A stretch of DNA of 62,704 bases, the filler included. It is 6 parts of 6 records of this genome, joined end to end, with 100 filler letters (N's around TTAATTAATTAA, not from the genome) between each part and the next. Parts side by side here need not be neighbours in the genome. Positions count along the whole stretch, not along the records: positions 1 to 14,504 come from SRR20825019_1219; positions 14,605 to 20,605 come from SRR20825019_1220; positions 20,706 to 30,440 come from SRR20825019_1221; 3 more parts are not named here. One strand, given 5' to 3'. Made by a program: the position numbers and the translations under genes. Position 1 is the stretch's first letter. Every line of letters begins with the position of its first letter. Below, piece by piece: positions 13,041 through 23,146 of the stretch. The notes beneath the pieces are model-generated. The model ran no database searches and was not told the DNA's origin. It was given only the letters and a program-made list of their open reading frames with translations.

Positions 13041-14504
13041 ATGAGGGTTGTGTATTCACTCCTTCTTTCCTGTTTGGTGGTCGTGGTTGTGTCGGAAGGC
13101 TTGCCAGGCAGCTCGTTTTCGGCTGGTTATGAGCAGGCTATCAATGACCTCCGTAGACTAGGGGTACACCGACTTAAGGAGTCGTCTCAAGTGATGCCTG
13201 ACTTCAAGGAGGAGACAGCAGACCTTCATGCTCACCCCGAAGATGGTGGAGGAAGCGACGCCGATGAACACGCAGATCTGGAGAAGGAAAAGGAGCTAGG
13301 TGCGTTAAAGGAGGAAGAGACGAAACTTGCTGCCCAAGAAGCAATGGTGAGAGCTGAGAAGGACGCAGTTGAAAGGGAGGTGAGCGAAAATGGCAACGGC
13401 AAGGTGGAGACGCCAGACCTTCGTGCTCAACCTGAAGGTGGCGGCGTCAACGTTGATGACCACACAGGTCGGGAGAAGGAGAAGGAACCTGCCGTAACGA
13501 ATGCGGTGGTAAAGGAGAAGGAGAAGAGAGTTGCTCCCGAAGAAGGAACCATGGGTTCAGTTGAAGGGAAGGGAAGAAGCGTGGGCGAAAAGGGCGAGGG
13601 CGCTACCGAGGATCTCACGCCTGCAGTTGTGCCCGAAGCTAAGAAGAAGCCTCTAGCCGACCGTGAGGCGGTGGTGGAGGATAAGGAAAAGAGAGTTGCT
13701 GGCGAAGAAGAAAGGTTGAAAGCAGAAGAGGCGTCACTTAAAAGGAGGGAAATGGCCGTGGATGTTCGGGAAGATCATGCTGGAGAGAAAGGGAAAACTA
13801 GCGGTGAGGAAGTGGCTCCAAAGGAAACAGGGGGTGCCACCGGGTTGAAAGACGTTGGGGAAGAGGTGAAGAGAACCGAAGAGGTCAAAGAAAAGATCGC
13901 AGCTGATGACGCCAGGGCTAAGGAGCTTACTAACGAGGTCGCCTTAGAAAAAACGGTTTTGGACGAAGTCGAGGACCGCGAAAGGGAATTGAAGGCTGAA
14001 GAGGATGTTAAAACAAAGGAAGTTGAACGCCTTAAGAAGGAGATTGCGGCTGCTAAGGCCAAGTCCATATGTGCAACCTTTAAGAGTTTGTATAATGAAA
14101 TGGAAGTAGCAAAGGAGAATATTGTCGGAAGGAAGGAGAGACAAACCAATTCATATCTATGTGGCGTGATGATGCAGCTGCAGCAAAGTATGAAGGCGAA
14201 ACCATCTGTCCATAAGAATTATTGTCAGAGTGTGTCGGAGACACTTACTCGCTTTAAACATACGGGTGAAATTCGCAGGCGCAGAAAGGAGCGCGCGACC
14301 AATGCCTATCTATGTGGTGTTCTAAATGAAATGTCAACACAGATGAACTCCGCAGGCAAGGTTACTAAGAAGCACGATAATCGTGAAGCTTACCGTACAA
14401 TGTGCAAGAGCGAGTATATTTGTGGACTTTTGTCTGGTTTGCAGGATCGGATGCTGGCAACCGTCTCTGGAAATGGCAATAATGGAGGAAGTGACGAGAA
14501 AGGA
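13041..14504 (+). CDS. Predicted secreted Glu/Lys-rich coiled-coil protein with Cys-containing repeats (3'-truncated)
   Basis: Signal-peptide-like MRVVYSLLLSCLVVVVVSEG, an E/K-rich region with internal duplications, then YLCGV/YICGL repeats. Open to the contig end. Confidence 0.75.
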
Positions 14505-14604
14505 NNNNNNNNNNNNNNNNNNNNNNNNNNNNNNNNNNNNNNNNNNNNTTAATTAATTAANNNNNNNNNNNNNNNNNNNNNNNNNNNNNNNNNNNNNNNN
14601 NNNN
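14505..14604. other. Artificial contig linker N44-TTAATTAATTAA-N44
   Basis: Identical 100-nt spacer occurs five times and has stops in all six frames. Composition and gene style change across it. Confidence 0.98.
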
Positions 14605-15722
14605 CTCAAAGCCTCGGCCAAAGCATCATCCTCGGCCAAACGATGCAGCGCGCCTACCCAAGCGTCCTCATCCTCCACCCGCGCGATCAATCCCGTGACT
14701 CCGTGTTCAATTGCTTCGGTCGTTGCCGCGGCCGGCGAGCTCACCACTAAGGTTCCAATCGACATCGCCTCGGGAATCACATTCGGCAATCCATCGCGAT
14801 CACCACTCGCGGCAATCACCCCGCTATGCACCAAGACATCCGACCAGGCCAATTCTTCCCAAACTTTTTCGTGCGATAAATGTCCGGTCAAGAGCACCTC
14901 ATTATTCAGTCCCAACTCCCGGCGCAATTCCTCCAGCTCACTGCGCAAAGGGCCATCGCCAATAATTTTCACAGTAAACTCCAGACCGGTTTTTTTGAGC
15001 GTCGCATACATCCGCAACTGATGACGCAGGCCCTTCTTCTCGACCAATCGGGCAATACAAATGATCCGCAATGGCGTGCGCGGCTTCCTCATTTTTTTCA
15101 TTTCCGGAAAAGAATCCAACCCACGTCGAATACAGAAAATACGCTCCGCATCCAGGCCGTGCTCGATCAGTGAATCGCGCCCCATCTCGGTGGAAGTGTG
15201 GATAAACAACGCGTGCTCCAACTTTTCGCGCAGCCACCAATCACCACCGTGTTCGTAGATATCGTAGGCATGCGCTCCACTGCTGAATCGGTGCCCATCC
15301 AGCCGACCTAAAATCCACGCCGCAGTCGCCGGGGCTCCTCCCCAGGCGGCATGGATATGAGTGGGACGATCTTCCCGCAATTGCCCCGCATAGAGACAGG
15401 CAAACCCGGCCCCGAGCATATTCTCCCAAAAATTCATCCAGGAAGGGGCTTTGCGCGTAACCAACCCCTTGAGCAGTTCACCAAACAACTTCGGCCAACG
15501 GATCGCGGTATACGGAATCATCCAGAGCAAGGTGAGCAGTTTCCATTTAGGAAACGATTTCACCTCCATGCCGCGGAATATCCCGCCGCCGCCCCACAGC
15601 GAATAGATCCGCATTTTCAATCCATACGCCTGCATCGCAATGATTTCACGCTGTAGAAACGTTTCCGTAGGTTTGGGAAACGTCGTAAAAAGGTAGGCAA
15701 TGACAGGCGACTCGGATTTCAA
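14605..15722 (-). CDS. Glycosyltransferase family 4 (WcaL-like), 3'-truncated
   Basis: FPKPTETFLQREI, HIHAAW, AHAYDIY, IARLVEKKG, IIGDGPLR and GDRDGLPNVIPEAMSIG (GT-B/GT4 motifs). Confidence 0.9.
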
Positions 15723-15803
15723 GCTCGCCCGAGCATGCGGATTACGCGCAGCCCCGCAACGCTGGAGAACGCAAATACCTCGCGCCTCACTACTTCTAAC
15801 TTT

Positions 15804-17567
15804 TTACGCCATGCGTTCTTTGTAGAACTTCTGACAGAGTTCGTAGATCGCCTGCGGTGAGCTCATCTTCAGGGCCTCTTCGGCCAACTTCCGTGCATCA
15901 CTCATTTTCATCGCCCGAATCAAATAGCGCACTTCCGGAATTTGCGGCGGCGTCATACTCAGGGCATCCACCCCAAGACCGAGAATCAATGGCACCAACA
16001 TCGGATCCCCTCCCATTTCACCGCAAATACTCACGGGAACCTTTTTCCGGTGCGCTTCTTTAACCACATGGCGTAAAGTGCGCAACACCGCCGGATGTGT
16101 AGGTTCATAAAGATGCGCGATCCGGTCATTCACCCGATCCACCGCGAGCAGATATTGGATCATATCATTGGTCCCCACGCTGAAAAATTCGCACTGGTCC
16201 GCCAGAATGTCCGCCGTCGCTGCGGCGCTCGGAATTTCGATCATCGTGCCGACTTCGAGGGCCCCGTCAAAAGGGGTCCCACGTTCACGGAGTTCCACTT
16301 TACACTCCTCCAAAACCGCATTGGCCTTCGCCAATTCATCTGCACCGCTAATCATGGGATACATCAGCTTGATTTTCCCGTGCACACTCGCCGCGAGAAC
16401 CGCACGGAGCTGGTCCTTGAAAATCTCCTGATGCTCGAGGCAAAACCGGATCGCCCGAAAACCCATGAACGGGTTATTCTCCTTCGGAAACAAATTCGGA
16501 TTTCCGGGGATCACTTTATCGCCGCCCAAATCGAGCGTCCGAATCACCACCGATTGAGGAGCCAAGGCCGACGCGACCGTCTTATACGCTTCAAATTGTT
16601 CGTCCTCAGTGGGAATATGCGCGTTGTTGAGGTAGAGATACTCGGTGCGAAACAGCCCGATCCCGTCCGCATTGTATTCATGGACCAACTTAACTTCGTC
16701 CACTTTTTCAATATTCGCCTGCAACGAGACGGACACGCCATCAAGAGTCACGGCCGGCTCACGATTTGCCTCAAATAAACGGTTTTCGAATGATGCCTTC
16801 TCTTTTTGGATTTTCCCGTAACGAAACAACGTCGATTCCGAAGGGTTAAGGATCACCACGCCATCATAGCCATCGATCAAAATCCATTGCCCGTTGGTCG
16901 CCCGGGAGCTCAAATCGTGCATGCCGACGATTGCCGGCACTTTCATTGATCGAGCCATGATGACTGCATGGCTCGTCTTGCTGCCGGAATCCGTGATGAC
17001 TGCCAACGCCGCCGTGCGATCCATACTGACGGTATCTGAAGGCGAAATATCGTTTGCCACGATGATCTGCTTATCAGCCAAACGGCTCAGACTATTACCG
17101 GACTGGCCGAGTAGATTCTGCAACACACGCTGTGCGACATCACGAATATCATCCGCTCGTTCACGCAAATATTCGTCTTCGATCTCAGCAAATGCCTTGA
17201 TGTAACGCTGGGAAACGCGGTCGAAACAGGTTTCCACGTTTTCACTCGTTGTCTCAAACTCACGCATCGTCTCGGAGAGCAACGCTTGATCCTCCAACAC
17301 CATCAGATGCGCATCGAAGATCCGGGCTTCATCCGGCCCGATATTGGCCGCAACCTCACTCTGGATTTTGCTGATTTGCTGTCGGGTTTGCACCAAGGCC
17401 TGATCAAACCGCGCCGATTCCTGCTCACGCTTGCTTTCTTCAACCTGATAATGCGGCACCTCGACTGAACTCTGCAAATAGACAAATACCTTTCCGTAAG
17501 CGATTCCCGGTGAAGCGGCAATCCCTTGCAAGGTAACTTCTTTAAGATTAGAGGTATCCGAAGGCAT
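15804..17567 (-). CDS. ptsI: Phosphoenolpyruvate-protein phosphotransferase (PTS enzyme I)
   Basis: GIAASPGIA, phospho-His motif TSHAVIMARS, GIGLFRTE, RTLDLGGDK, ENNPFMGFRAIR, FFSVGTNDMIQY and ICGEM. Confidence 0.97.
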   Translation of the reverse strand: MPSDTSNLKEVTLQGIAASPGIAYGKVFVYLQSSVEVPHYQVEESKREQESARFDQALVQTRQQISKIQSEVAANIGPDEARIFDAHLMVLEDQALLSETMREFETTSENVETCFDRVSQRYIKAFAEIEDEYLRERADDIRDVAQRVLQNLLGQSGNSLSRLADKQIIVANDISPSDTVSMDRTAALAVITDSGSKTSHAVIMARSMKVPAIVGMHDLSSRATNGQWILIDGYDGVVILNPSESTLFRYGKIQKEKASFENRLFEANREPAVTLDGVSVSLQANIEKVDEVKLVHEYNADGIGLFRTEYLYLNNAHIPTEDEQFEAYKTVASALAPQSVVIRTLDLGGDKVIPGNPNLFPKENNPFMGFRAIRFCLEHQEIFKDQLRAVLAASVHGKIKLMYPMISGADELAKANAVLEECKVELRERGTPFDGALEVGTMIEIPSAAATADILADQCEFFSVGTNDMIQYLLAVDRVNDRIAHLYEPTHPAVLRTLRHVVKEAHRKKVPVSICGEMGGDPMLVPLILGLGVDALSMTPPQIPEVRYLIRAMKMSDARKLAEEALKMSSPQAIYELCQKFYKERMA

Positions 17568-17644
17568 AATCAAAGCCGTTCACGTCCAGAGCAGCGGCCA
17601 TGCCAGATCATAACGTGCGTCTAAGCACATGTGGTCAATGCGAT

Positions 17645-18523
17645 TTACGCAAGCGCCGCCGTCGTCATAAACGCGCTCTTCCCCCACATTTCTCGAATCA
17701 CGCCCTTCACTTCTTCGATGTCCGTTCCTTTTTCCAACCATGTCAGTGAGGCACTGCCACTACCGCTCATCAGTGGTTTGAGCCCATATCTTGCCTGTAG
17801 AATGGCATAAAGAGCCGGCAGGGCCGGATATTTCTCAAAGACCACCGTTTCCATCGTATTATAGCAAAGTTTCTCCAAAGGAGCCGTGCCGTCACTTTTC
17901 CAACTTTCCCACCGAGCCTCCGCTTGATCCGCTGGCATATAGGTAGTCGGCCGTGCTGCCATTTGCCCGTAAGCCCAAGGGGTTGCCACGCCAAAAGGCG
18001 GTTTGAAGAGCAGGAGTCGGCGCCCGGAAATCCTTGGGCGCACCTGATCCTCGAGCAATTCCACTTGATCACCCACCCCACGCATCATCACCGGGGCATT
18101 TTCCAAAAAGAGCGCGCAATCCGCCCCCAGCCCGACGGCCACGTCGCGCATCCGGGACTCAGATAAGAGTTCGCCCGACAATACATTGAGCGCGCGCAAG
18201 GTCGCCACGGCATTACTACTGCCGCCACCCAGACCCGCCCCCACCGGAATGCGTTTCTCCAATCGCAGCTCCACCTGTCCCGACCATCCGGTCGCGGACC
18301 GAAACGCCTTCACCGCCTTGAGCACGAGATTGCTTTCATCGGTCGGCAAATTGGCATCATCGCAAATCAGACGCGTTTCGGCCGCCAGGGTCGCGTGCAG
18401 GGTGTCGCCCCAATCCAACGGAGCGACCAGCGAAACCAGATTATGAAATCCATCGGGACGACGATCGGTAATCGCCAAAAACAGGTTTACTTTGGCCGGA
18501 GAAAATAGCGTTACGGATGACAC
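17645..18523 (-). CDS. ispE: 4-diphosphocytidyl-2-C-methyl-D-erythritol kinase
   Basis: SPAKVNLFL..RRPDGFHNL, GHMP ATP loop KRIPVGAGLGGGSSNA, GADC and MSGSGS. Probable GTG start at 18523. Confidence 0.95.
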   Translation of the reverse strand: MSSVTLFSPAKVNLFLAITDRRPDGFHNLVSLVAPLDWGDTLHATLAAETRLICDDANLPTDESNLVLKAVKAFRSATGWSGQVELRLEKRIPVGAGLGGGSSNAVATLRALNVLSGELLSESRMRDVAVGLGADCALFLENAPVMMRGVGDQVELLEDQVRPRISGRRLLLFKPPFGVATPWAYGQMAARPTTYMPADQAEARWESWKSDGTAPLEKLCYNTMETVVFEKYPALPALYAILQARYGLKPLMSGSGSASLTWLEKGTDIEEVKGVIREMWGKSAFMTTAALA

Positions 18524-18581
18524 GGAGGAATAATTGCAAATTGGTCGTGACTGCACACGGCAGTTATCTTCTCATTACTAC

Positions 18582-19286
18582 GTGTCTGATCATCCTTCTT
18601 GCGACCTCATTCTTGCCCTTGATCTCCCCGACCGCGATGCCGTCACCCCGATGCTCCGCCAATTGCATGGTTCCTTGAGCTGGGTAAAAATCGGTCTGCA
18701 AATGTTTACCGCCTACGGACCCGACTACGTGAAGGAAATCGCAGACGAAGGGTTCAAGATATTCCTCGATCTGAAGCTCCACGATATCCCCAACACCGTG
18801 GCCAAAGCGGTCGAATCGCTCTCCAGCCTGCCAATCGATATGCTCACCATCCATACCGGCGGTGGATCCGAAATGATGAGCCGCGCGAAACAAGCTCAGG
18901 AAAGCACCAACCCGGATCTTCTCCTCCTCGGCGTCACCGTGCTCACTTCGATGGATGACATTGGTCTCAACGAAATCGGTGTCGATATTCCCTCCCCCGA
19001 TCAAGTTACGCGCCTCGGAAAACTCGCGGTCAGGGCCGGATTGAAAGGTTTGGTCTGCTCACCACTCGAAGTCGCCGAACTCCGCCGAGAACTGCCTGCC
19101 GATATCAAACTCGTGACACCGGGTATCCGTCCCGCCGGACAATCCGGGGGCGACGATCAAAAACGAGTGATGACACCTGCCGAAGCAGCCCAGGCCGGTT
19201 CCTCCTACATCGTGGTCGGACGCCCGATTCTCCAAGCCTCTGATCCCGCCGCCACGGCACGCGCGATCCTCGCCGAGCTTGCCTAA
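18582..19286 (+). CDS. pyrF: Orotidine-5'-phosphate decarboxylase
   Basis: LILALD, VKIG, active-site FLDLKLHDIPNT, VTPGIRP, DDQKRVMTP and VVGRPI. Probable GTG start at 18582. Confidence 0.96.
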   Translation: MSDHPSCDLILALDLPDRDAVTPMLRQLHGSLSWVKIGLQMFTAYGPDYVKEIADEGFKIFLDLKLHDIPNTVAKAVESLSSLPIDMLTIHTGGGSEMMSRAKQAQESTNPDLLLLGVTVLTSMDDIGLNEIGVDIPSPDQVTRLGKLAVRAGLKGLVCSPLEVAELRRELPADIKLVTPGIRPAGQSGGDDQKRVMTPAEAAQAGSSYIVVGRPILQASDPAATARAILAELA

Positions 19287-19338
19287 TTTCCCGCGCTTTG
19301 CCTTCAGGCATTCAATTTTCACCCTTCACGCTTCGCCC

Positions 19339-20019
19339 ATGAGCCGCACCGCCGCCATACTTCTCGCTGCAGGAAATGGCCGTCGTATGGATGGCTCCGT
19401 GGAAGACAAAGTGCTCACGCCTCTCGCCGGGCGCCCGGTTTTTGCGTATTCCGCCGCCGCGTTTATCGAAAGCGGCGTCGCGGATTATTACGTGATCGTT
19501 TACCGTGACCAACGTCAGATGACGGAACTCTCCGCCTACGCACCCACGCCTTCGGTTTTGGTTAAAGGCGGACGCGAACGGCAGGACTCCGTGATGAACG
19601 CGCTCGCGGTTCTGCCCGATGATATTGAACACGTTTTCATTCACGATTGCGCGCGCCCGCTTATTCAGCCCGTTCAGCTCGTCGGCCTCCTCAAAGTCGT
19701 TCGCAAGGAAGGTGCCGTGGTGCTCGCCCATCGGGTGACCGATACCATCAAGCAACACCAAGGCGAAGGCCGCCTCCGCACGCTTCAACGTGACAAACTC
19801 TGGGCGATGGAAACGCCCCAGGTTTTTGAGCGGAAGCTGATCGTGAAAGCTTACCAGCGGGTCGCGGAAAAAAAACGAACGATCACCGACGATGCCGCCG
19901 CCGTGGAACCCATGAAGCATCCTATCGCGCTCCTCGAAAACACGCAGCCCAACCCCAAGCTCACCACCCCCGCCGATATCGCTTGGTTGGAGTTTCTGCT
20001 CCAGTCCGCCGGCGATTAA
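19339..20019 (+). CDS. ispD: 2-C-methyl-D-erythritol 4-phosphate cytidylyltransferase
   Basis: ILLAAGNGRRM, GGRERQDSV, FIHDCARP, DTIK, ETPQVF, TDDA and NPKLTTPAD. Directly upstream of ispF. Confidence 0.95.
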   Translation: MSRTAAILLAAGNGRRMDGSVEDKVLTPLAGRPVFAYSAAAFIESGVADYYVIVYRDQRQMTELSAYAPTPSVLVKGGRERQDSVMNALAVLPDDIEHVFIHDCARPLIQPVQLVGLLKVVRKEGAVVLAHRVTDTIKQHQGEGRLRTLQRDKLWAMETPQVFERKLIVKAYQRVAEKKRTITDDAAAVEPMKHPIALLENTQPNPKLTTPADIAWLEFLLQSAGD

Positions 20020-20031
20020 CTTCCAGAAAAC

Positions 20032-20520
20032 ATGACTAATTTGCGCATCGGAAACGGCTACGACATCCATCGCCTCGCTCCCGGACGTCCCCTCGTCCTC
20101 GGTGGCGTGAAGTTCGACACCGATTACGGCCTGGACGGTCATTCCGATGCCGATGTGCTGACACACGCGCTTTGCGATGCGTTGCTCGGCGCGGCCGGCC
20201 TCCCCGACATCGGCCATTTCTTCCCCAACACCGATCCGGCTTTCAAAAACATCGATTCACAACTGCTTCTTAAAAACGTGATTCGCGAATTACAGCAACG
20301 GAGCTATCAGGTTGTAAATGTGGACATCGCCGTGATCGCCGAAAAACCACGTCTCATTGCCCGTCTCGGTGAAATGAAAGCCGCCCTCGCACAGACCATG
20401 GATGTTTCGACGGATGTCATCGGGATCAAAGCCACTACGCATGAAGGCGTGGGCGACCTCGGCCGTGGACTCGGAATCGCCGCCTATGCCGTGGCTTTGA
20501 TTGAAAAAACGAAATCCTGA
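20032..20520 (+). CDS. ispF: 2-C-methyl-D-erythritol 2,4-cyclodiphosphate synthase
   Basis: RIGNGYDIHRL, GHSDADVLTHALCDALLGA, DIGHFFP and IKATTHEG. Confidence 0.96.
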   Translation: MTNLRIGNGYDIHRLAPGRPLVLGGVKFDTDYGLDGHSDADVLTHALCDALLGAAGLPDIGHFFPNTDPAFKNIDSQLLLKNVIRELQQRSYQVVNVDIAVIAEKPRLIARLGEMKAALAQTMDVSTDVIGIKATTHEGVGDLGRGLGIAAYAVALIEKTKS

Positions 20521-20534
20521 TCGCATTTAAAACA

Positions 20535-20605
20535 ATGCGTTGTCTTTCCTTTATCATCGGCCTCCTCGCCGCGCTGAGTCTTACCGGATGTTGGTCCCGG
20601 GAAAC
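20535..20605 (+). CDS. Lipoprotein N-terminus (partial)
   Basis: MRCLSFIIGLLAALSLTGCWSRE: type II signal peptide with lipobox LTG-C, cut by the contig end. Confidence 0.65.
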
Positions 20606-20705
20606 NNNNNNNNNNNNNNNNNNNNNNNNNNNNNNNNNNNNNNNNNNNNTTAATTAATTAANNNNNNNNNNNNNNNNNNNNNNNNNNNNNNNNNNNNNNN
20701 NNNNN
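20606..20705. other. Artificial contig linker
   Basis: N44-TTAATTAATTAA-N44. Confidence 0.98.
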
Positions 20706-23146
20706 TTCGCCGCCAAGGTCACCTCCAGAGTCGATAACGGGCTTTGCACATGCATGGTTACATCACTGACATGTGAATATGCCTTGACAAGGTTGCCTCT
20801 AGAGGCCTCAATTGACGCGAATACGTAGCTCTGACGGGACCGCATCAGAAAGGACACTTGGCTTTTCGCTTCGAGAGTAGCATCAAGTCGCGATAACTTG
20901 CTTTGCGCCAAGTGGAAAACATCGGAAGTTGCATGCATTGTCATGTCAACGGTGGATTCAGGGCTATCTAGATGCAAAAGCACATCGCTTTGTTGACTAG
21001 AGATTCGCAGCATAGCCCTGCGACAGCCTTCCAAAGTCACAAACGCATTATTTTGTCTTGATAGGACGTTGACTATTGTGTGACTCCTCGACTCCATTGA
21101 TGTAATCAATTCAGAATGGTCATCTTGAATATGAAACTTCACATCGCTTCTGAAGCTTGATAAGCGCAACCGCCCAGTTCGACTTGACTCAAGAGACAAT
21201 ATCGAGGTTGATTGCCGCGAACTTGTTATAGTTTGAACTTCTGATCTCGCTTCAATAGTTCTTATTCCAATAGACATTTTGCTCTGTACAAACTGCGAAA
21301 CATCGGACATGGCATTCATAGTCGAAGTCATGGTTGATCTGTCAGCCTGAAGTTGAATATAGATGTCGCTTACATGAGACTGAAATCGGACCTGGGTTGC
21401 CCGGCTAGTCTCCATCGATACAATATTATTCGCTTGACGCGACAGCATCCTCATCACAGCATTACTAAATGATTCTTGCTCCACTTGCACCTCACCAGCA
21501 AATGTGGGATACGATCGAACGTTAGCAATCATATAAATTATTGAGTCTGGGCGGCCTTGCGAAGTCACATGGTCCTTCATGGAAACATAGCCAAATACCG
21601 TGGTGGTGTAATTCTCCCTGCTCATCCACACGGTGCCTGAAACAACGGCGATCTGTACAAGTGAAGTATAATTGGATATATGAGTATCTCCATTAAGGCC
21701 AGCATCGATTGTGACACGACCACCAGTGCCAGAAGGGTATGCCTGAACAAGCGGGGTCCCTCCAGGACCAGCCAAGATCTCAATGTCTCCGCCTGGACCA
21801 CCCGGAGCATTCGGATTGAGGCTACCTCCGTCTCGCCCAATGAAGTGGAGACCGTCATCTCCAATATCGCTGTAATCATGGCCAGTACCCCTTTGCGCAG
21901 TAGTCAAATGGTGCATCGTTCGATAATGCTGCTCGTGATTATCCCTGACAGCTTTGGCACCATATTCCATGCGTTCGTGCATGACCTCGCTAGAACAGGG
22001 TGTCAGCGCCAAACTTCGCCTGCAAGATCCACTCTCACCTCTTTCTATATCCATCTCGATCTATTTGCGCCTGCATGACATGCATTTCAGCCTCAGCAAT
22101 GCTGAACCCACCCTGCTGCACTGAGCGTGTCAAGCTGCCAGTTCCCATGAGTTTCACAGTCTGGGAAACTGGATCGAAAGATATCCCAGATGTTCCTCCA
22201 AAGCGACCCTCACGATAAGCATAGAATCTACCGTTCGTACTGATCGTATCTGAACTTGTCCCTTCCTTGACCAAAACAGCGGGATTGTCAACACGAACAC
22301 TTCCAAACACTACTCTAGGTCCTTGTGACGTGTCAGCGTCCACGCTCCCACCAGTCAATGCCAGCGATCCTGATGCAAGCACTTATCAATCAAATGTCGA
22401 GTGATTAGCCTAACTGCCTCCTTACCTGACGAAAACTTCACATCATTATAGACATACATGTTATCGGCTTTGTAGAGGCCACCAGATGTCGGAATGGAAA
22501 CTTCAACATTGGTAACGCCCATCCATCCGAACGATATAGATATCATGTAAAGCAGTAGAGGAGCAACCACAAGCACGTACACAGCCGCAACGAGGCAACC
22601 AAAAAGACAGCATATCTTCTGGTTTCTGTACAAGTTATTTTGTGAAGCATGGGCGGCCGCAACAGCCTTTCTTGTCGCCCTATCCACCGCCCTGTTGATA
22701 AACGCTTCTGTACTGTTAGAAAGCTCCGGCAGTTCTGGCTTCGGTGGTAGGAAAGTCTTGCCCACTGCTTGAGTCTCACCCTTTGGTTTGGGGGGAGGTT
22801 CGTCCGGCTGTTTAGAAGCCACTTTCGGAAGCGGTGGAGGGGCTGTGGATATTGGCTTCGACGTCTTGGTGGTTTCACTAACGGGCGGGGGTCTGAACTT
22901 GTGCACCACCCGCATCTTCGGCACAATACTTGCCTTCACCACTGTATCTGGACCGGGTTTACGAACGCGCTGAGGAACTGGCCGCGGCATTTCTGCAGGC
23001 ATGTTTGTGTTGTCCATTCTCATTGGCGGAGGCGGTGGCGAAAGGCGAGAAGGAGCAGCTCCACCAGCCCCCCCAAACTTGGCCACAGCCATTGCCGAGG
23101 CAGGATCTGCCATCTTCATTTTGGGTAGCGGTGGAGGAGAAGGCAT
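20706..23146 (-). CDS. Type II membrane protein: Pro-rich N-terminus, one TM helix, large beta-repeat (beta-solenoid-like) ectodomain; 3 exons, 3'-truncated
   Basis: ATG at 23146 (MPSPPPLPK). TM segment ICCLFGCLVAAVYVLVVAPLLLYMISISFGW. Introns 22370-22425 (56 nt) and 21990-22038 (49 nt) join three ORFs in frame. Two ungapped 127-aa repeats start at 21445 and 21064. Confidence 0.85.

Noticed and set aside
19312-20217. Minus-strand 301-aa ORF (and 16095-16778 on plus)
   Set aside because: Antisense shadows of ispD/ispF and ptsI.
13041-23146. Bacterial MEP/PTS genes apparently inserted between eukaryotic genes (HGT or endosymbiont insertion)
   Set aside because: The bacterial block is bounded by linkers on both sides, so the adjacency is an artefact of concatenation.
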